Shown here in pieces: positions 60,165-64,000 of a stretch of 64,000 bases of DNA. Both the position numbers and the translations under genes were made by a program. The stretch is from assembly GCA_024672315.1 (NCBI GenBank), contig GCA_024672315.1_4714.1. The stretch is one strand, 5' to 3'. The DNA is from a phage. Position 1 is the first letter of the stretch, and every line of letters starts with the position of its first letter. Below the pieces are notes generated by a model, which saw only the letters and a program-made list of their open reading frames with translations, ran no database searches and was not told where the DNA came from.

Positions 60165-61037
60165 TTAAACCCGGGTCAGGTCACCGTGACGTGAAACGAA
60201 CTCTGATAACGCTCGGGTTGCTTCTTTGGATTCTTCAGCCATCGGGAAGTTTGCGGTAATAAGTTCTCGTAAGACAGGGACGAGTTCGTTATCTTCGAGA
60301 TCGGAAGCTAAAGCGAATGCGATCAGTTCTTGGGTGTATGCATACGGTTGCTGACGTAATGTAGTAAGCTGATCCCGACACTGCGCCATCAGCAGGTCCA
60401 GTGGAACCGCTATCGTACCCCCTTCATCAATATACTGGCTGAACACCGGTGGGAACGCATCACTGATGACACGAATACGTCGACGGATGCGATCAGGAAT
60501 CTGGATGTTTTCCTCGTCGACTACGTTCTCGCTGTCTTTCTCCAGCTTCTTGGTCAGCACCTGCTGAATGCGTGGAAGCAAGCTTGAATGCACGAAACTG
60601 ATTAATGGGGTTACATTCGCAGCATCGACGCCGTAAATGTGTCGCGTACATTCTGCTAACGCTTCAGCTGCGGTGTAGTCTTCATCTTCAACGATAGCGA
60701 GTAGAAAAGCGGTATCGTCGTGTGTTTCCAGGTCTAATAACGTAGACGCCAGCGCGTGAAGATATTTCAGGCTATCCAGAGATAGTTGCCCTTCGTTAAT
60801 TCGGATCCCGAAGGCAAGCAATTGTTGTTTATAAAGTTCGATACATCCGTTTGTTAAAATGATATCTAATTCGTTTAAATCGTATTGTTCCCCAGCACCC
60901 GACAACATCGTACTGCAGAACGTTTCCAGTTGTTCACATTTAAAATCTTGGTATAAACGATGCATGCAGTGCTGTAACAGCGTACGCCTTGTTTCAGGGA
61001 TCTTACCTTCTAACAAAGCCAAGACGGAATCAATCAT
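60165..61037 (-). CDS. hypothetical protein (about 290 aa)
   Basis: Start moved to ATG at 61037 with GGAG RBS (ORF-track GTG start 61043 rejected). Confidence 0.7.
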   Translation of the reverse strand: MIDSVLALLEGKIPETRRTLLQHCMHRLYQDFKCEQLETFCSTMLSGAGEQYDLNELDIILTNGCIELYKQQLLAFGIRINEGQLSLDSLKYLHALASTLLDLETHDDTAFLLAIVEDEDYTAAEALAECTRHIYGVDAANVTPLISFVHSSLLPRIQQVLTKKLEKDSENVVDEENIQIPDRIRRRIRVISDAFPPVFSQYIDEGGTIAVPLDLLMAQCRDQLTTLRQQPYAYTQELIAFALASDLEDNELVPVLRELITANFPMAEESKEATRALSEFVSRHGDLTRV

Positions 61038-61133
61038 ATCCACTCCGATGCGGTAAATGTCTACTAGCTCTCATAATCTATTGAAGAAACTACCGGCTTA
61101 CGCCAACTTAGATTAATCAGGAGTAACCATCCC

Positions 61134-61607
61134 ATGCCAGTTTCATCCAAACCAAGAAAAAAATCCGTAGGAAACCCTAAAGCTCAGGAAACAACAGCAA
61201 TTCGTTGGGACGAGTTACGCGAACCTATCGAAAACTGCGAATTGTTATTAGGCACCCTGGGTGCGGCTATTTACCAAGCGACGCAGCCCTGTCGTTTACG
61301 ATTAACCCAAAACAAACGTGATGAGTTCGTTGCGTTATCAACAAGTACGAATAAAGATCTGACCGAACTTCAAACCGAGTTGACGACGATCAAGAACTCC
61401 ATCACACCGATGTACGGTAAAGAAGTTGATGAACAAAGTATTCTGTTACAGTACAACTACGGGATGTCGTTAATGAACATCCTGGAACGCGCATCCGATA
61501 TTCTGCGTCCTGACGTTGCACGCCTGAGCCAACTGCGTGTTGAAGGGATGGAGAACCAGATCCGATTCGCTAACAGTGTTAAATCTCAAGGAGCCACCGA
61601 AGCATGA
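61134..61607 (+). CDS. hypothetical protein (157 aa)
   Basis: ATG with AGGAG upstream; stop overlaps next start (ATGA). Confidence 0.7.
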   Translation: MPVSSKPRKKSVGNPKAQETTAIRWDELREPIENCELLLGTLGAAIYQATQPCRLRLTQNKRDEFVALSTSTNKDLTELQTELTTIKNSITPMYGKEVDEQSILLQYNYGMSLMNILERASDILRPDVARLSQLRVEGMENQIRFANSVKSQGATEA

Positions 61608-63289
61608 GCGAACAAGAAAAAGAAGTCGTGACGAATCAGGAAGCCGTTGAGCGTTCAGAGTCGTCCGCTGAAACAACGATTCCGGCAAGTTCCGATCCTG
61701 TTGGTTCCGCACAGCAGGAAAGTAAAGACGAAGTAAACACTACTAAAGAAGATGTAGTGGCTCCAGAAGCAACCCGTGAAGAAGAACCGTCACATCCGCC
61801 GTTGGTCGATTTCTCGAAGGCAACGATACGTTTCCAATGCGAAGACATTCGTCCTAAGAGTCCGAAGAAAACAAAACGCCAGCCGCTGGTGTTACCGCTG
61901 TATTCTCCGCGTGTACAGACAACGTATTACCGGGAATACATCAACGAAGCAATGGATACCGTACAAGCCATTGTCGCTCAACGCGGTAAACCGACAGACG
62001 AACAGTTTGATAAATTCAGTAAAGCGGTGGTGCAATCGGTTGCTGATGGTCAATACCATCCGCGTGGTCCAGCTCACGATCGCGCGTTGGAACGTAAGGG
62101 CAGTCAGTGGACTAACGTACCCGTAGACTCATCGGGTGTTGGTCGCGTTATTCCAGGCATTCCGCAACCGAACCATATTCCTGATGATGTCGAAGCGCCG
62201 CTGACAGGAACCGATGCGATCTATTTTGCTATCCGTAATACGAAATCAGGCGCACCTGCGGTAATGCCGTTATGGCATAGCGGTATTAAGCTGCAGTTCA
62301 ATCCGCCGTCAAATGAACGTGTTGCTATTATGCACGAACGTATTGCACGCGATAAAATCCTGGGTGGACGTGATAGCACCGGTTTCCTGTTTTCGGCAAC
62401 CTCGATTATCACCATGAAGCATGCTATCGAATTAGCATTAGAATGCTGTTACATGGCCAACGTACCGAACCTGGATATCCAGCGTTTGAAAGACATTATT
62501 CCGGTTACCGATGTTCCGGCGTTGTTGTTGAACGTGCTGGTAACCATGTACCCGTACGGATATCCTTACGTACAGACCTGCTATCAGAATCCAGAAACCT
62601 GCGACTATCGTGTCGAAGATACCGTAAGCTTTGCGAAACTCTATCAAGTTGACAACAGCGCAATTACCAAACGTATGCGACAGATCATGACCGAAGGTCC
62701 GGTCATGACCGATGAACTTTTGCGTGAGTATGCAAACGAGCTGGGTGAAACGAACTCCCGTACGCTGGATCTGTCCGACAACGGTTCTGTTATCATTGAA
62801 CTCGAAGTACCGAAGATCTCACGACAAATCGCCATGGGTGAACGTTGGTTAAGCGATACGCTGGAAGATCTGCGTGATATTCTATCGCGTCCGTCAATGA
62901 CCGAAGAAGAACGTGATCGTGTTATTCGTGAACGTCAGTTCTATAGCTGGATGCGTCAGTATGATGCGTGGATCAAATCTATGCATGTATCGGTAAACGG
63001 TACTATGCGTCGTGTAAGCGATGCAGATACGGCAACGGTATTAGCGCAGCTGTCTCGTGACAGCGACCTTCGTGAACGTTATATCGATGGGTTGATGCAA
63101 TTCATCGGTGATTCGACGATTGCGCTCGCAGCAATGCCTGCCTGGAAATGTCCGAAATGTAATGCCGATATTGCTGACAATCTGCGTGACCAGAAATACT
63201 ACGATCTGATTGCTTTGGATGTACCCCAGCTTTTTTTTACCCTAAACTCCGTCCAATCTCTTCAGGAGGGGATGGACGCGGTATTCTAA
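61604..63289 (+). CDS. hypothetical protein (561 aa); possibly continues by frameshift into 63352-63711
   Basis: AAGGAG RBS; translationally coupled to upstream gene; T8 tract at 63231-63238 lies in a 100-nt region where this frame and the -1 frame are both open. Confidence 0.75.
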   Translation: MSEQEKEVVTNQEAVERSESSAETTIPASSDPVGSAQQESKDEVNTTKEDVVAPEATREEEPSHPPLVDFSKATIRFQCEDIRPKSPKKTKRQPLVLPLYSPRVQTTYYREYINEAMDTVQAIVAQRGKPTDEQFDKFSKAVVQSVADGQYHPRGPAHDRALERKGSQWTNVPVDSSGVGRVIPGIPQPNHIPDDVEAPLTGTDAIYFAIRNTKSGAPAVMPLWHSGIKLQFNPPSNERVAIMHERIARDKILGGRDSTGFLFSATSIITMKHAIELALECCYMANVPNLDIQRLKDIIPVTDVPALLLNVLVTMYPYGYPYVQTCYQNPETCDYRVEDTVSFAKLYQVDNSAITKRMRQIMTEGPVMTDELLREYANELGETNSRTLDLSDNGSVIIELEVPKISRQIAMGERWLSDTLEDLRDILSRPSMTEEERDRVIRERQFYSWMRQYDAWIKSMHVSVNGTMRRVSDADTATVLAQLSRDSDLRERYIDGLMQFIGDSTIALAAMPAWKCPKCNADIADNLRDQKYYDLIALDVPQLFFTLNSVQSLQEGMDAVF

Positions 63290-63351
63290 TCGATCCGCGA
63301 TACGGGTTACACGACGGACAACTTGTTCGTAATGATGAAAAAATCTGGGAA

Positions 63352-63711
63352 TTGCTGTTAGCGCGTAAAGGCGACGGTGGCATGAAACTGAACATCGAAA
63401 TGGGTATTGCGTACGACACCATGTTTGGCTTGTACGACCGTGTTAACGAATGGACACCGTTGAAATGGGTTGCTCAGCATCCCGCTGAAGATCCCTGGGA
63501 CAGATTAGGGATTAAACCCTTAATCGAGGATTATGTTCGATTCGGTATTAAAGAGTTCATGACGCTGGATGCGTTTTTAAAAGCACCGTATCCTTACGCG
63601 CAAACGGTACTCAAAATCGCACAAGACGAACTGCGGAAACGTAGTGCGGTACTGGACGACGATGAGGACAAGTTACGACGAGAAGAAGAACGTTTACGAA
63701 ACGGAAAATAA
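63352..63711 (+). CDS. hypothetical ORF (119 aa); possibly the C-terminal part of a frameshifted fusion with 61604-63289
   Basis: Frame open from 63190 to 63711 with no ATG or RBS near the ORF-track TTG start; overlaps the end of the preceding ORF in the -1 frame. Confidence 0.45.
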   Translation: MLLARKGDGGMKLNIEMGIAYDTMFGLYDRVNEWTPLKWVAQHPAEDPWDRLGIKPLIEDYVRFGIKEFMTLDAFLKAPYPYAQTVLKIAQDELRKRSAVLDDDEDKLRREEERLRNGK

Positions 63712-63712
63712 A

Positions 63713-64000
63713 ATGGCGAGATTTACCAGTTTGATTGGGTTGGATATTTGGGAAACACCGGCTGACGTTCGGGTTATTCCTGTTAACACCGTCGGTGTGA
63801 TGGGACGTGGTCTTGCTAAGCAGGCAGCCGATCGTGTGCCCGGTCTTCTTGAAGCGTACCGTAAGCAATGTCAAGATGGGTTTAAGGTGGGCGAAGTCGT
63901 GTCATATCAGCATGGCGAGAACGATCAGCTCACCTACGTGTTGTTTCCATCAAAATCGGATTGGCGCGAAAAAACACGACGTGAGTATATCGTTAATGGT
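63713..64000 (+). CDS. macro-domain protein, TARG1/DarG-like (partial; continues beyond window end)
   Basis: N-terminus ...ADVRVIPVNTVGVMGRGLAKQAADRVPGL... matches the x-V-M-G-x-G-[IL]-A glycine-rich ADP-ribose-binding motif of TARG1/DarG-type macrodomains (from memory); ATG 1 nt after the upstream stop. Confidence 0.5.
   Translation, partial: MARFTSLIGLDIWETPADVRVIPVNTVGVMGRGLAKQAADRVPGLLEAYRKQCQDGFKVGEVVSYQHGENDQLTYVLFPSKSDWREKTRREYIVNG

Noticed and set aside
11088-61043. ORF-track start codons at TTG or GTG (for example 11088, 14368, 36392, 53503, 56200, 56870, 61043, 63352) and over-extended ATG starts (18575, 23336, 28327)
   Set aside because: In each case (except 63352, where no nearby ATG has a convincing RBS) a nearby in-frame ATG has a much better RBS or removes an implausible overlap with the upstream gene.
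61604-63711. ADP-ribosyltransferase upstream of the macro-domain gene
   Set aside because: Candidate S-x-S and E-x-E motifs are separated by about 120 residues, which does not fit the R-S-E toxin fold spacing; no Arg-containing first motif in the right place.
1-64000. Multisubunit RNA polymerase subunits, tubulin (PhuZ) or nuclear-shell genes expected in phiKZ-like phages
   Set aside because: No DFDGD-type catalytic motif or GGGTGSG tubulin motif was found in any ORF. Such genes may be present but too divergent to recognise by eye, so none is called.

Overview
This 64-kb window reads as a densely packed segment of a large (jumbo) phiKZ-like myovirus genome from an enterobacterial-type host (GC about 48-50% by eye). 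There is no sign of bacterial chromosomal content, and no rRNA, tRNA or CRISPR array. I could not run any homology search, so every product call rests on motifs I recognise by eye and on gene context.

About 53 protein-coding genes are supported, mostly on the minus strand and often overlapping by 1-4 nt or separated by short gaps. Three parts stand out:

- **Virion/head module (about 1-48 kb):** a 740-aa candidate major capsid protein with the strongest codon bias in the window, and a family of at least eight paralogous proteins with acidic AxE-rich N-termini and a conserved amphipathic helix, typical of protease-processed internal head/ejection proteins.
- **Replication-associated island (48.3-51.9 kb, plus strand):** a family-B DNA polymerase N-terminal/3'-5' exonuclease domain encoded without a polymerase domain, an HNH homing endonuclease, and an ORF-poor stretch carrying group I intron core elements (P, R, S) with a compensatory P7 pairing.
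- **Small-gene region (52-61 kb, minus strand):** tandem paralog arrays of unknown function, followed by plus-strand genes ending in a truncated macro-domain protein.

The most unusual non-coding signal is a family of at least 12 GC-rich extended palindromes at gene boundaries, flanked by conserved TATG-containing half-sites, three of them next to a second conserved AT-rich motif. Other observations include a T8 tract at a two-ORF junction, a membrane-anchored M48-like metalloprotease, and two proteins with unusual low-complexity or charged-helix regions.
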